Shown here piece after piece: positions 1-9,680 of a stretch of DNA of 28,307 bases; positions within the stretch are counted from its first letter, which is position 1; each line of letters starts with the position of its first letter. A program made the translations under genes and the position numbers. The stretch is from an uncultured Eubacteriales bacterium (GTDB taxonomy: Bacteria > Bacillota > Clostridia > Oscillospirales > Acutalibacteraceae): positions 1 to 28,307 of the forward strand of contig CAQJOC010000005.1 in the NCBI GenBank assembly GCA_948815685.1, written 5' to 3'. The notes below the pieces were generated by a model. That model was not told where the DNA came from. It saw only the letters and a program-made list of their open reading frames with translations, and did not search any database.

Positions 1-223
1 CGGAAGACACGATACCGAGGACTTAAAAAGCAGACTCAAAAATTAAATATAATGTTTGCTTTGGCAAATCTTTATCTAGGGCCTGTTCACACGAAAAATT
101 CCACAGTAAAATTATTAAATTTTTAAGGACATAAAAGTTCATATTTTCAGAAGGCGCCGTTCCTTCACAAATAGTAGTAAAAGTTTTTTGCACACCCATC
201 ATCTCAACTCCTGTCAAAAGTCC

Positions 224-266
224 AATATAACAATCGGAAAACATACAGTTCTCCGATTGTTATATT
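224..266 (-). terminator. Probable intrinsic terminator of the BspA-like gene
   Basis: 15-bp perfect inverted repeat AATATAACAATCGGA (224-238) / TCCGATTGTTATATT (252-266), 27 nt past the stop codon at 294. Confidence 0.7.
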
Positions 267-293
267 TAATATTTAAAATAAAAATAATAAATT

Positions 294-2498
294 CTAATCT
301 AGCTGTTCTATCTTACCTGCTGGAGGGAAGTATATTCTAGCATTTTCGCCGACTCCTCCGAAAGCAGATAATCTATATTTAAATTCTTCCATATTAGGGC
401 AAGAAATTGCGATCAAATTTCTGTTCCCCACAAAAAAATCTCCGTTAAAACATATTTTATTCCCCAAATGCTCAAAAAAGTTCAAGTTTTTGTCTCCGGC
501 AAATACACCGACTCCATCTATATGACAATTTGCAGGCACAACAAAATTTTTCAAAGAAGTATTTCTAAAACAATCACTGCCGATAGATGCTTCTGATTCT
601 TTATCAATTTTTACGCGTTCAAGGCTCTTGCAATTCTGAAGTGCACCCTTACCTATGCTTTCTACGTTTTTAGGTATAAAAAGATATTTAATATCTGAAT
701 CTGAAAAAGCTCCACATCCAACACTCTTTACATTAGAAAGGTCAATGGCCACAATACCAGTACCAGCAAGACAGCTCTCTTCCAAATTTTCTATTTTATT
801 TAAATTAACTTTTGTCACTTTTTTACAATTTGAAAATGTTTTACGCGGCAGCACTTTCAAAGATTTCGGCAACACAGCTTTCTTTAAATTTCCGCAATTT
901 TCAAAAAGGCCAATTCCGAATTCCAAATCTTTGTTATCAGGTAAGGCTAAGTCAAACTCCTCAAGTCTATTGCAACTTCCAAAGCAGTTATTACCAATTT
1001 GTTCAACGCTACTCGGAATAACAATTTTTTTGATTCCACTGTTTGAAAACATGTTTTTCGGCAATACTTTCAAATTTTCAGGCAATACAACTTCCTCTAA
1101 ACGTTCGCAACCCGAAAAAAGAGCATCTGTTCTTTGGCCAAGTTTCTCTGGATTAAATGAAGATAAGTCAACCCTCTTAAGTCTATTGCAATATTTAAAG
1201 CAGTCACTACCAATATTGTTAACGCTACCCGGAATAACAATCTCTGAAATACCACTCCCGTAAAAACACCCATATTTTAAATCTTGTATTTCACCCAAAT
1301 CAATCCTTTTCAAATTTTTACAATCCATAAAAATTTCTCTCGGCAGAGCTTTCCAGCTTTTAGGCAATTCAATGTTCTCCAAACTTGAACAGCCTTTAAA
1401 AAGACCTGCTCCTATATTATCAGGATTAATATTTTGGGGCAAATTAACTTTTGTAAGTTTTAAATCCCCCTCAAAACAATTTTCCCCCATTTCACTAACC
1501 TTTTCAGGTAAAAATAAACTCTCAAGTTCAATGCAATTTTTGAAGCAATTAATACTAATCTTGCAAACGCTGCCCGGAATATTAACATTTTTAAGCTTTT
1601 TACAATTTGAAAAGGTTTCCATTCTTAAACAGTCTAATTGGGAGTCTGCAGCAAAAGCCACATCTACAAGCTCGGCACAACTACAAAAACAATGCCCTCC
1701 CAAAAAAGTTGCGCTTTTGGGAATTGCAATTTTTTCAATAGGACATCTACTAAAGCAGTAGCCACCGATTGTCTGTAAATTTCCGTTTTCAGGAAGGTCA
1801 ACTTTGTAAAGTTTCGGACATGCGGAAAAGCAAAAAGGTCCAAGACTTTCCAATTTATTACATTTTGCTAACTTTAACCACCTAATATCAGTTCCAAAAA
1901 AACTTCTGTCTCCAACTGATTTAAGATTTTCAGGAAATTTTACAAAACGGAGAGCACTGCAACCCGCGAACGCTGAATCTTCAATTACGGCACAATTTTC
2001 ACCTAATTTAATCTTGTTAAGGTTTTTGCAATTAGAGAACGCTAATTTTCCAATTACGGCACAATTTTTACCTAATTCAACCTTGTTAAGGTTTTGGCAA
2101 TTAAAGAACGCTGATTCTCCAATTTTAGTACATTTATCACCAATTGCAACTGATTCAAGAGTGGGTAAATTTGAAAAAAGCCCATCAGGAACTTCTTCAA
2201 TTCCATTTAAATGCACTGTTTTTAAATTATTTTTTATATCTTGAGGTAAATTCTGCAATGCATTTTTATCAATTTGGTCGTATCTTTTCGGAACATTCAA
2301 ATATACGCTACAAATTCTGTTGTGGTCATCTGTAGTTATTGTCAAAAATTTGTTAATATTTGAACTTTTAACAACGTTACTTGCATATACTATGCCGGCA
2401 TCTTTTACTAAATTAGGAAAAAGGCTAATTGAAGTCATACTTAAAAGCATTGTTACCCCTAATTTAGCAGCAAAAGCACATTTTGATTTCTTAAACAT
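294..2498 (-). CDS. BspA-family (TpLRR/LRR_5) leucine-rich-repeat surface or secreted protein
   Basis: More than 20 repeats of the type FxxCxxLxxVxLPxxxxxIGxxxF. Start moved from 2549 to ATG 2498, which has AGGAG at 2506-2510 and begins a signal-peptide-like N-terminus MFKKSKCAFAAKLGVTMLLSMTSISLF...VYA. Confidence 0.92.
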   Translation of the reverse strand: MFKKSKCAFAAKLGVTMLLSMTSISLFPNLVKDAGIVYASNVVKSSNINKFLTITTDDHNRICSVYLNVPKRYDQIDKNALQNLPQDIKNNLKTVHLNGIEEVPDGLFSNLPTLESVAIGDKCTKIGESAFFNCQNLNKVELGKNCAVIGKLAFSNCKNLNKIKLGENCAVIEDSAFAGCSALRFVKFPENLKSVGDRSFFGTDIRWLKLAKCNKLESLGPFCFSACPKLYKVDLPENGNLQTIGGYCFSRCPIEKIAIPKSATFLGGHCFCSCAELVDVAFAADSQLDCLRMETFSNCKKLKNVNIPGSVCKISINCFKNCIELESLFLPEKVSEMGENCFEGDLKLTKVNLPQNINPDNIGAGLFKGCSSLENIELPKSWKALPREIFMDCKNLKRIDLGEIQDLKYGCFYGSGISEIVIPGSVNNIGSDCFKYCNRLKRVDLSSFNPEKLGQRTDALFSGCERLEEVVLPENLKVLPKNMFSNSGIKKIVIPSSVEQIGNNCFGSCNRLEEFDLALPDNKDLEFGIGLFENCGNLKKAVLPKSLKVLPRKTFSNCKKVTKVNLNKIENLEESCLAGTGIVAIDLSNVKSVGCGAFSDSDIKYLFIPKNVESIGKGALQNCKSLERVKIDKESEASIGSDCFRNTSLKNFVVPANCHIDGVGVFAGDKNLNFFEHLGNKICFNGDFFVGNRNLIAISCPNMEEFKYRLSAFGGVGENARIYFPPAGKIEQLD
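1982..2119. repeat. 69-bp tandem duplication encoding one LRR unit
   Basis: 1982-2050 and 2051-2119 match at 62 of 69 positions (hand alignment). Confidence 0.9.
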
Positions 2499-2555
2499 AA
2501 AATTTCTCCTTATATAAATTTTGAACATACAAATAACAAAGCTTTGCATATTTAA

Positions 2556-2584
2556 ATTTTAACACAAAAATAAAAATACGTCAA
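2556..2584 (-). promoter_or_regulatory. Sigma-A-type promoter of the BspA-like gene
   Basis: TTGACG (2584-2579), 17-nt spacer, TAAAAT (2561-2556), with TG extended -10. Confidence 0.65.
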
Positions 2585-2666
2585 TCTTTTTTTGATTTTT
2601 AAACATGGTCAGACAAAATTAACAAATGCTCTAAAAATAAATAAAAAATTTTCCGTTATTTAATTA

Positions 2667-3149
2667 TTATTTAATATTTGTTTCTTGCAGCAAACACACC
2701 GAATGTGAAGCTATTCCCTTATTTTCCCCTGTAAACCCCAGATTTTCTTCGGTAGTCGCCTTAACATTAACTCTATTTTCTGCAAGCTCACATGCATTTG
2801 ATATATTTATTGACATTTCTTTTAAATATGGACTTAACTTTGGAGCCTGTGCTATAATTGTACTATCAATATTTATAACTCTATATCCGTTTTTGTATAT
2901 TCTTTCATATACTTTTTTAAGCAAGCCAATACTATTGGCATCTTTATACGTACTATCATCATCCGGGAACATTTTTCCGATATCTCCGAGACCGGCAGCC
3001 CCTAAAATGGCATCAATAACTGAATGCACAAGAACATCCGCATCAGAATGGCCTAAAAGACCTTTGTCGCTGTTAATTTCCACTCCACCTAATATAAGTT
3101 TCCGTCCCTCAATTAGCCTATGAACATCATATCCATGCCCTATTCTCAC
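2667..3149 (-). CDS. ispF: 2-C-methyl-D-erythritol 2,4-cyclodiphosphate synthase
   Basis: Motifs [30 protein letters not shown] start overlaps the tatD stop. Confidence 0.97.
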   Translation of the reverse strand: MRIGHGYDVHRLIEGRKLILGGVEINSDKGLLGHSDADVLVHSVIDAILGAAGLGDIGKMFPDDDSTYKDANSIGLLKKVYERIYKNGYRVINIDSTIIAQAPKLSPYLKEMSINISNACELAENRVNVKATTEENLGFTGENKGIASHSVCLLQETNIK

Positions 3150-3913
3150 AATGGTACCTCCACATTGAATAGACTTTCTGCATTCAGCCTTGTCTTTTGA
3201 AGTACCTCTTCATAAGATTTGTTCTTAATCTCAGCTATTTTTTGAGCTGTAAACTTTATATAAGATGAATCGCATCTTTTTCCTCTAAACGGCGTAGGGG
3301 CCATATATGGAGCATCGGTTTCAAGCAAAATACACTCAAGGGGAATTTCCCTGACCACATCAATAAGCTTTTTTGCGTTTTTAAATGTAACTACTCCGCC
3401 TACCCCTATAAACATACCTAATTTTAAAATTTCTTCAGCCATTTCCATACTTCCAGAAAAACAATGTACCACACCTTTTGGCTTGTGTTCTTTAAGTAAA
3501 TTCAGCGTGTCCATATGTGCGTCTCTATCATGGACTAAAATCGGTAGCGATACGTCATTAGCCATTAAAATTTGCTTTTCAAAAAAATCTTTCTGTAACT
3601 CTTTATTTTCCGCACTATAATGGTAGTCTAAACCTATTTCACCTATTGCGACAACTTTTTCGTTTTGTGATAAATTTTTTAATATTTCTAAATCTTTATA
3701 ATCACATTCCGAAATGCATTCGGGATGAATCCCAACAGCTGCATAAATATAAGAATACTTATTAGATAATTCCACAGATTTTTCAGAAGCCGAAATATTA
3801 GTTCCTGCATTTAAAACCGAGCAAACTCCGAGCTGTGGCAGTGAAGCCAAAATCTCGGCTCTGTCGTCATCAAAAGCTTTATCGTCATAATGAGCATGAG
3901 AGTCAAATATCAT
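3146..3913 (-). CDS. tatD: TatD-family metal-dependent DNase
   Basis: Motifs [34 protein letters not shown]; typical position after metG. Confidence 0.95.
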   Translation of the reverse strand: MIFDSHAHYDDKAFDDDRAEILASLPQLGVCSVLNAGTNISASEKSVELSNKYSYIYAAVGIHPECISECDYKDLEILKNLSQNEKVVAIGEIGLDYHYSAENKELQKDFFEKQILMANDVSLPILVHDRDAHMDTLNLLKEHKPKGVVHCFSGSMEMAEEILKLGMFIGVGGVVTFKNAKKLIDVVREIPLECILLETDAPYMAPTPFRGKRCDSSYIKFTAQKIAEIKNKSYEEVLQKTRLNAESLFNVEVPL

Positions 3914-3925
3914 TACTTTACCCGC

Positions 3926-5863
3926 CTATCTTATTTTACTTCCCGGTGGTATTTCATCTATAAAAATTACTTTTACTCCGTCCGGACAATCCGCCGCTAA
4001 AATCATCCCATAGCTCTCTACACCGCAAAGTTTTGCCGGCTTTAAATTTGAAACCAAAATGATATTTTTTCCTATAAGCTCTTCAGGTGTATAATAATTA
4101 GATATTCCGGACGCAACAGTTCTATCGCTTTTTCCGTCATATAAGGTAAGTTTTAAAAGTTTTTTTGACTTTTTAATCGGTTCACACTCTTTGATTTTTG
4201 CACAAATAAGTTCTACTTTAGCAAAATCTTCTATATCTATAAGTTTTATTATATTGTTTTCTTCATCATTTTTTTGATTTTCTTTTTGGGAATTTAATAT
4301 GTCTTCAAGTTCGGCAATTTCTTTTTCCACATCTATTCTGGGAAATAATGCACTCCCTTTTAAAACTTTCAAATTTTTCGGAAGAATGCCCCATTCTCTT
4401 GCAAATTTCCAATTACAAAACTCTTTTTTAGCTCCGATTTGTTTTTGAATTTCAACAGAAGTAGACGGCATAATTGGAGAAATTAATATTGAAACTATTC
4501 GCAAACATTCACAAAGATTATAAAGGACCGCGGCGAGCCTGTCTTTATTTTCAGGTATTTTACCCAGCTCCCAAGGCATAGTTTCATCTATATATTTATT
4601 GCATCGTGAAATCAAAAGCCAAACCTTAGATAAGGCTGAAGAAAATTTAAAATTATTCATGTTATTTTCATAGTCATTTACTATCGACCTTGCCAAACTT
4701 ATAAGTTCAATATCAATATTGCCCTCTCTTTTTTCTTCGGGAATCACTCCTTCAAAATATTTTTCAATCATAGTTACAGTCCTTGACAAAAGGTTCCCTA
4801 AATCATTTGCCAAGTCAAAATTAATTCTTTTTATTAATGATTCATTTGTAAAAATTCCGTCTGTTCCAAAAGGTATATCTCTCATTAAAAAATATCTGAT
4901 GGCATCCACACCATATCTGCTACACAAAATAACCGGGTCTACTACATTTCCTTTAGATTTCGACATTTTGTCTCCGTTGCCAAAAAGCAACCAACCATGA
5001 CCATAGACCTGTTTAGGAAGAGGAAGACCTAATGCCATAAGTATTGCGGGCCATATTACAGTGTGAAATCTTACAATTTCTTTTCCTACAAAATGAACGT
5101 CCGCCGGCCAATATTTTTTGTAATTAGAATCATCTTCAGAACCAAATCCCATGGCTGTAATATAATTCGTTAAAGCATCAAGCCATACATAAACAACATG
5201 CTTTGTGTCGAAATCAACGGGAATTCCCCAACTGAAACTGGTCCTGCTTACACATAAATCATCTAATCCCTGTTCAATAAATTTTATCATTTCATTTTTT
5301 CTTGCTTCAGGTTGTATGAAGCCGGGGTTATCTTTATAAAGTTTTAAAAGCTTATCCGCATACTTTGAAAGTTTGAAAAAATATGCTTCTTCTTCTTCCC
5401 ATTTAACATTTCTGCCACAATCCGGACATTTTTTCCCAACCGCTTGCGCATCTGTAAAAAACGACTCACATGGTGTACAGTACCAACCTTTATATTTTCC
5501 TTTATAAATTTCTCCTTTGTCGTATAAAATTTTAAAAATTTTTTGTACAGCTTTTTCATGAAATTTATCGGTAGTTCTTATAAATTTATCATTTGATATT
5601 TCTAAAAGTTCCCATAATTTCTTAAATTCTTCCACTATTTTATCAACGTACTCTTTCGGGGAAATGCCCTCTTTTGCAGCATTAAGCTCTATCTTTTGCC
5701 CATGCTCATCCGTACCCGTCAAAAACATGACATCGTAACCTTGCAGTCTCTTATATCTTGCCATAACATCAGCTGCAACCGTACTGTAACTGTGACCAAG
5801 GTGTGCTTTGCCCGATGGATAATAAATCGGTGTGGTTATATAATATTTTTGTCCATTACTCAT
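3926..5863 (-). CDS. metG: Methionine--tRNA ligase with C-terminal tRNA-binding domain
   Basis: YITTPIYY, HLGH (HIGH motif), GTDEHGQK, Cys knuckle, KMSKS, OB-fold C-terminus. ATG 5863 is preferred over 5872 because GAAAGGA at 5874-5880 is 10 nt from it. Confidence 0.97.
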   Translation of the reverse strand: MSNGQKYYITTPIYYPSGKAHLGHSYSTVAADVMARYKRLQGYDVMFLTGTDEHGQKIELNAAKEGISPKEYVDKIVEEFKKLWELLEISNDKFIRTTDKFHEKAVQKIFKILYDKGEIYKGKYKGWYCTPCESFFTDAQAVGKKCPDCGRNVKWEEEEAYFFKLSKYADKLLKLYKDNPGFIQPEARKNEMIKFIEQGLDDLCVSRTSFSWGIPVDFDTKHVVYVWLDALTNYITAMGFGSEDDSNYKKYWPADVHFVGKEIVRFHTVIWPAILMALGLPLPKQVYGHGWLLFGNGDKMSKSKGNVVDPVILCSRYGVDAIRYFLMRDIPFGTDGIFTNESLIKRINFDLANDLGNLLSRTVTMIEKYFEGVIPEEKREGNIDIELISLARSIVNDYENNMNNFKFSSALSKVWLLISRCNKYIDETMPWELGKIPENKDRLAAVLYNLCECLRIVSILISPIMPSTSVEIQKQIGAKKEFCNWKFAREWGILPKNLKVLKGSALFPRIDVEKEIAELEDILNSQKENQKNDEENNIIKLIDIEDFAKVELICAKIKECEPIKKSKKLLKLTLYDGKSDRTVASGISNYYTPEELIGKNIILVSNLKPAKLCGVESYGMILAADCPDGVKVIFIDEIPPGSKIR

Positions 5864-5883
5864 TCTTTTCATATCCTTTCTTT

Positions 5884-5983
5884 GTTCTTTTTGTCAAACG
5901 ACAAAAAGGAACTAAAAAACGTTCCAAAGAGGGATTTCGATTCCCTCTTTGGAATCTCCCTAAACGACCGGGCTACTGCCCGG
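5884..5983 (-). repeat. Three-hairpin structured element in the metG leader, copy A of a dispersed repeat; middle hairpin is terminator-like
   Basis: Hairpins at 5968-5983, 5922-5954 (13-bp perfect stem followed by CG and six T on the minus strand) and 5884-5912; colinear similarity to 19315-19426. Confidence 0.7.
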
Positions 5984-6084
5984 ACCCGGTTTGTTAATTT
6001 CCGTATCCTATAAAATCATGGCTCTTTTTCCAAGTTATTCTCAAGGAATTTAAATATCCACATATTTTCTTAAGAAATCGAAAT

Positions 6085-6636
6085 TTAAAGTTTTATCATT
6101 TTTCTTACTTTCGGCTGTAAAAAATTAATATACAATCTTATAAAATTGTCTATGCATTTATCATACATTAAAAATGCGATATTAGCAATACCCCAAAGGA
6201 TATTAGGTAAATAAAAATCAAAAATATAAAACGCTTCTTCAGGTACGCTAAACAGCTTTATTTCTACCCACCAGTTCACAACCACCGCAGTATTAAACAC
6301 TATCCATTTTAAAAATATTTTTAAAAATTTATTATTGGGGAATTTATAATCTATTTTCAATCTAATAATAGGATAAAAGCCCAATAAAGAAACAAAAGCC
6401 AAGGCAGGAAATTTATCCGCACATAACATCAAAGACAAAACAGATGCTGCAAAATATACCATTGTACCCATTTTATAATCTGATTCGAAAATTTGTACGA
6501 GTATTATAATCCCCGCCATCCCAGGCAAAACATATCCCAAAGCGGGAATAATTGCAGCTAAAATATTCATAGCTATGCATACTGAGGTTATTATCCCTCC
6601 CAAAGCCAGCTTTTCAGTCTTTCTTATCTTATTTAT
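6085..6636 (-). CDS. Hypothetical integral membrane protein; start uncertain (ATA 6636 or TTG 6603)
   Basis: About five hydrophobic segments and a GFYPIIR motif; frame stays open up to 6636, where ATA lies 9 nt from AGGAG. Confidence 0.8.
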   Translation of the reverse strand: MNKIRKTEKLALGGIITSVCIAMNILAAIIPALGYVLPGMAGIIILVQIFESDYKMGTMVYFAASVLSLMLCADKFPALAFVSLLGFYPIIRLKIDYKFPNNKFLKIFLKWIVFNTAVVVNWWVEIKLFSVPEEAFYIFDFYLPNILWGIANIAFLMYDKCIDNFIRLYINFLQPKVRKMIKL

Positions 6637-6655
6637 TTAAACTCTCTCCTTTAAT

Positions 6656-9031
6656 TTATTTTAAGCTGACAACCGTAACTCCGTCTCCTCCTTCATTAAA
6701 ATCCCCCAGACGGAAATTCTTTATTTGACGATTTTTCCTTAAAATTTCATGCACTTCTTTTCTAAGAATTCCCGAACCTTTACCATGTATTATGGTAACT
6801 TGATTCAATCCGGAGATAAATGCCCCATCTAAAAACAATTCCAATTCTTGACAGGCCTCTAAAGCGGTTTTCCCTCTAATATCTATCTGCATATTTGATT
6901 TTTTATTTATATCTTTCTTAAATCCACCTGAAAAAGTTTTTTGGGAAGATTTTTTACCGCTATGTTTGCTGTTGTTTCTGCAGGGCCTAAGCTTAGATTT
7001 TGCAACTTTAGTTTTGATTCTTCCGATTAAAACCATAAAATTGCCCTGTTCATCCTCATGTGAACAAATTGTTCCTTCTTTTTCAAATCCCGAAATAAAG
7101 ACACAGTCTCCCTCTTGAAATTTATCTTTCGGAATAATTTCTAATTTATGATTTTCGGAATTATCAATTGGGTCAACTAGATTTTCAAGACTCTTTATCT
7201 GTTTTTTTATTTTATGCCTGTCATTGGAAGAAAGAATTTGACTGTGGTTTTGTTTGGTATTTAGGTCTTTTATTAAATTTTGAGTTTCTATTTTTACCCT
7301 GTCAAGTATCATTTTGGCTTTAAATCTAGCCTCAGATAAAATTTTTTCGCAATTGTTTTCAAGTCTTTCTTTTTCTTTATTAATTTCTTCTCTGACTTTT
7401 TTCGCTTCTGAATACAGTTTATCTATATTTTCGTTTTTTATTTCCAAATCTTTTCTTGTTTTTTCCATCTTTATTAAAAAATCGTTTAATTTTATCTTTT
7501 CATCACCTAAAATATTCTTTGCTTGCTTTATTACATCCGGCTCCATACCAAGTCTTTCAGATATCAAAAACGCATTTGAATTACCGACGCTCCCCATGAG
7601 TATCCTATATGTCGGTTTTAAATTTTCTAAATCAAACTCACATCCGGCACATTCTACATTTTCGCAAGAAACGGCATATTCTTTCAGTTCCTTATAATGA
7701 GTAGTAACAATTGTTTTAGCCTTTTTTGCTCTAAGATAGTTAAGTATTGCGATAGAAATTGCCGCACCCTCTTCAGGGTCAGTTCCCGAACCGATTTCAT
7801 CTAATAATACTAAAGTTTTATCTGAAGCTTTTTTCATTACATTAATTATATTACCCACATGTGAAGAAAAAGTGGAAACAGATTGCTCTATACTTTGTTC
7901 GTCTCCGATATCCGTAAGAATTTCATCAAAAACAGAAACACTGCTTCCATCATGAGCAGGAATCATCATTCCGCTCATCGCCATAGCACACATTAAGCCT
8001 ACCGTCTTTATTGCTACGGTTTTTCCTCCCGTATTTGGTCCCGTAATTATAAGAGTATTGAATCCATCCCCTAAGCTTATGTCAATAGGTTGTACCTTTT
8101 CTCGTGGAATCAGCGGATGTTTTGCCTTTTTTAAATTTATTATTCCACTTTGATTTATTTCCGGAACCGATGCATCCATCTTAACCGCAAGAGATGCTTT
8201 AGCAAAAATTTCATCAAGATTTACTGCCTCATTATAGCTGATTAATATGTTGTCCGCAAAGTTTTCAGTTTCTCTGCTTAAATTAAATAATATTTTATCA
8301 ATTTCTTTTCTTTCCAAAATTTCTAATTCATTTATACGATTGTCTTCTTCAACTATTCCCATAGGTTCAATAAAAACCGTTGCCCCACTTGCTGAAATTC
8401 CCTGAACAATACCTTTCACTTCCCCTCTGTGTTCACTTTTAACCTGTATTAAAAATCTTCCTGACCTATTTATGACAACTGAATCTGTAAGATATTTTCT
8501 ATATTGAGGTGAATTTACCAACTTTTCTAAATCTTTTCGTATTTTTTGATTTAATCTTCTCATTTTACTTCTTATTTCAAAAAGTTCTTCTGACGCATTA
8601 TCATTAATTTCACTTTCAGATAAAATTATTTCCCGTATCTTGTTTTCCAAGTATTTATTGGGAAAAATTTTGTTAAATTTATCATCAAGCGAAGTCTTAC
8701 CGCATATGCAGGATTCTTTCCAAATTTTTAAAAGTCTGATTGCCCTTAAAGTCGACAGTAAACTTAAAAATTCTCGATTTTGTAAAGTCGCCCCACTGCA
8801 AACACGACGTATTATATTTTCTATTGAAACTATACCATCAAACGAAGGGAACTCAAATTGCAGTGATAATTTATAAGCATCAAGAGTCTCCGAAATAAGT
8901 ATTTTAACCATTTCAAAGTTGTGAGATGGTACAGTTTTTTTTATTTTATCTTTTGCAGCCGTACTTATTGCTTCATTTGATAAAACATCTAAAACTTTAT
9001 CGAATTCAATTCTCTTTAAGTTTTTATCCAT
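6656..9031 (-). CDS. mutS2: MutS2 (RqcU) ATPase with KOW and Smr domains
   Basis: ITGPNTGGKT Walker A, DIGDEQSIEQSVSTFSSH, LLDEIGSGTDP, coiled coil, C-terminal Smr motif IIHGKGSG...GGDGVT. Confidence 0.96.
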   Translation of the reverse strand: MDKNLKRIEFDKVLDVLSNEAISTAAKDKIKKTVPSHNFEMVKILISETLDAYKLSLQFEFPSFDGIVSIENIIRRVCSGATLQNREFLSLLSTLRAIRLLKIWKESCICGKTSLDDKFNKIFPNKYLENKIREIILSESEINDNASEELFEIRSKMRRLNQKIRKDLEKLVNSPQYRKYLTDSVVINRSGRFLIQVKSEHRGEVKGIVQGISASGATVFIEPMGIVEEDNRINELEILERKEIDKILFNLSRETENFADNILISYNEAVNLDEIFAKASLAVKMDASVPEINQSGIINLKKAKHPLIPREKVQPIDISLGDGFNTLIITGPNTGGKTVAIKTVGLMCAMAMSGMMIPAHDGSSVSVFDEILTDIGDEQSIEQSVSTFSSHVGNIINVMKKASDKTLVLLDEIGSGTDPEEGAAISIAILNYLRAKKAKTIVTTHYKELKEYAVSCENVECAGCEFDLENLKPTYRILMGSVGNSNAFLISERLGMEPDVIKQAKNILGDEKIKLNDFLIKMEKTRKDLEIKNENIDKLYSEAKKVREEINKEKERLENNCEKILSEARFKAKMILDRVKIETQNLIKDLNTKQNHSQILSSNDRHKIKKQIKSLENLVDPIDNSENHKLEIIPKDKFQEGDCVFISGFEKEGTICSHEDEQGNFMVLIGRIKTKVAKSKLRPCRNNSKHSGKKSSQKTFSGGFKKDINKKSNMQIDIRGKTALEACQELELFLDGAFISGLNQVTIIHGKGSGILRKEVHEILRKNRQIKNFRLGDFNEGGDGVTVVSLK

Positions 9032-9176
9032 TTATTTATCCTCGTGTTTTCTTATCTATAATCCCTATTTATTATTTAATTATAACCAAATAAATCAGAA
9101 AAAGAAAACTTAGAGTCTGTTCGCATGAAATTATTAAGTATGCACCGCATTAAGGCTGTAATTCCAGATGTGAGGT

Positions 9177-9206
9177 AAACTTTTTGCTCAATTGAGCAAA
9201 AAGTTT
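9177..9206. repeat. 30-bp perfect palindrome
   Basis: AAACTTTTTGCTCAA|TTGAGCAAAAAGTTT with no loop. Confidence 0.9.
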
Positions 9207-9323
9207 TGTGCTATTATGGTGGAAAATGTACACACAAGATGTGCCGCAAAGGCATGATACATCCATTTATGGAGTGCCATTTAAGTAGATTTGCAAATTT
9301 TAAAGATGCAAATTTAGTTTTAT

Positions 9324-9546
9324 TAGGGCTTGTCTGAAAAATAAAAATAGCTAAAGTATCATAATTTATACGACTAAAATAAGAATAAAAAATATTGCAC
9401 AGCTGAAAAATCATCATGAAAATTCAATCAATTTAAAATATTTTTTATATAATTATAAAAATACACCTATTTTTTTCAATTTACGTTTCCCTCACTTCAT
9501 CTATAAATTGGCTAAAATATATAGTTTATTTTTCAGACAAGTCTTA
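9324..9546. mobile_element. MITE-like non-autonomous element of about 220 bp, TA-flanked
   Basis: Terminal inverted repeats 9322-9345 and 9525-9548 match at 22 of 24 positions (core CTTGTCTGAAAAATAAA); no coding capacity inside; same core at 10233-10288. Confidence 0.7.
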
Positions 9547-9609
9547 ATCAATTTGGGCAAAACATATCTTTTCTTTTTATATTTTTATGGTTACTCCCAT
9601 AAAATAAAT

Positions 9610-9638
9610 TTGACTTTATACAAATTTTAGTGTATTAT
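9610..9638 (+). promoter_or_regulatory. Sigma-A-type promoter
   Basis: TTGACT (9610-9615), 17 nt, TATTAT (9633-9638). Confidence 0.6.
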
Positions 9639-9680
9639 GCTTATGCAGGTTACTGTAATAATATATTTGGAGGAAAAAGT

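Noticed and set aside
1..244. 73-aa minus-strand ORF and a possible plus-strand gene end at 1-26
   Set aside because: The ORF starts within a terminator hairpin and has no motif; the window edge gives too little sequence
655..2517. Plus-strand ORFs antisense to the LRR gene, and similar antisense ORFs over metG, mutS2, the ATPase and hsd genes
   Set aside because: Shadow frames of real genes, with no ribosome-binding sites or recognisable motifs
5880..6080. T-box or SAM riboswitch upstream of metG
   Set aside because: No T-box antiterminator consensus or SAM-I core found; the hairpins match a dispersed repeat instead
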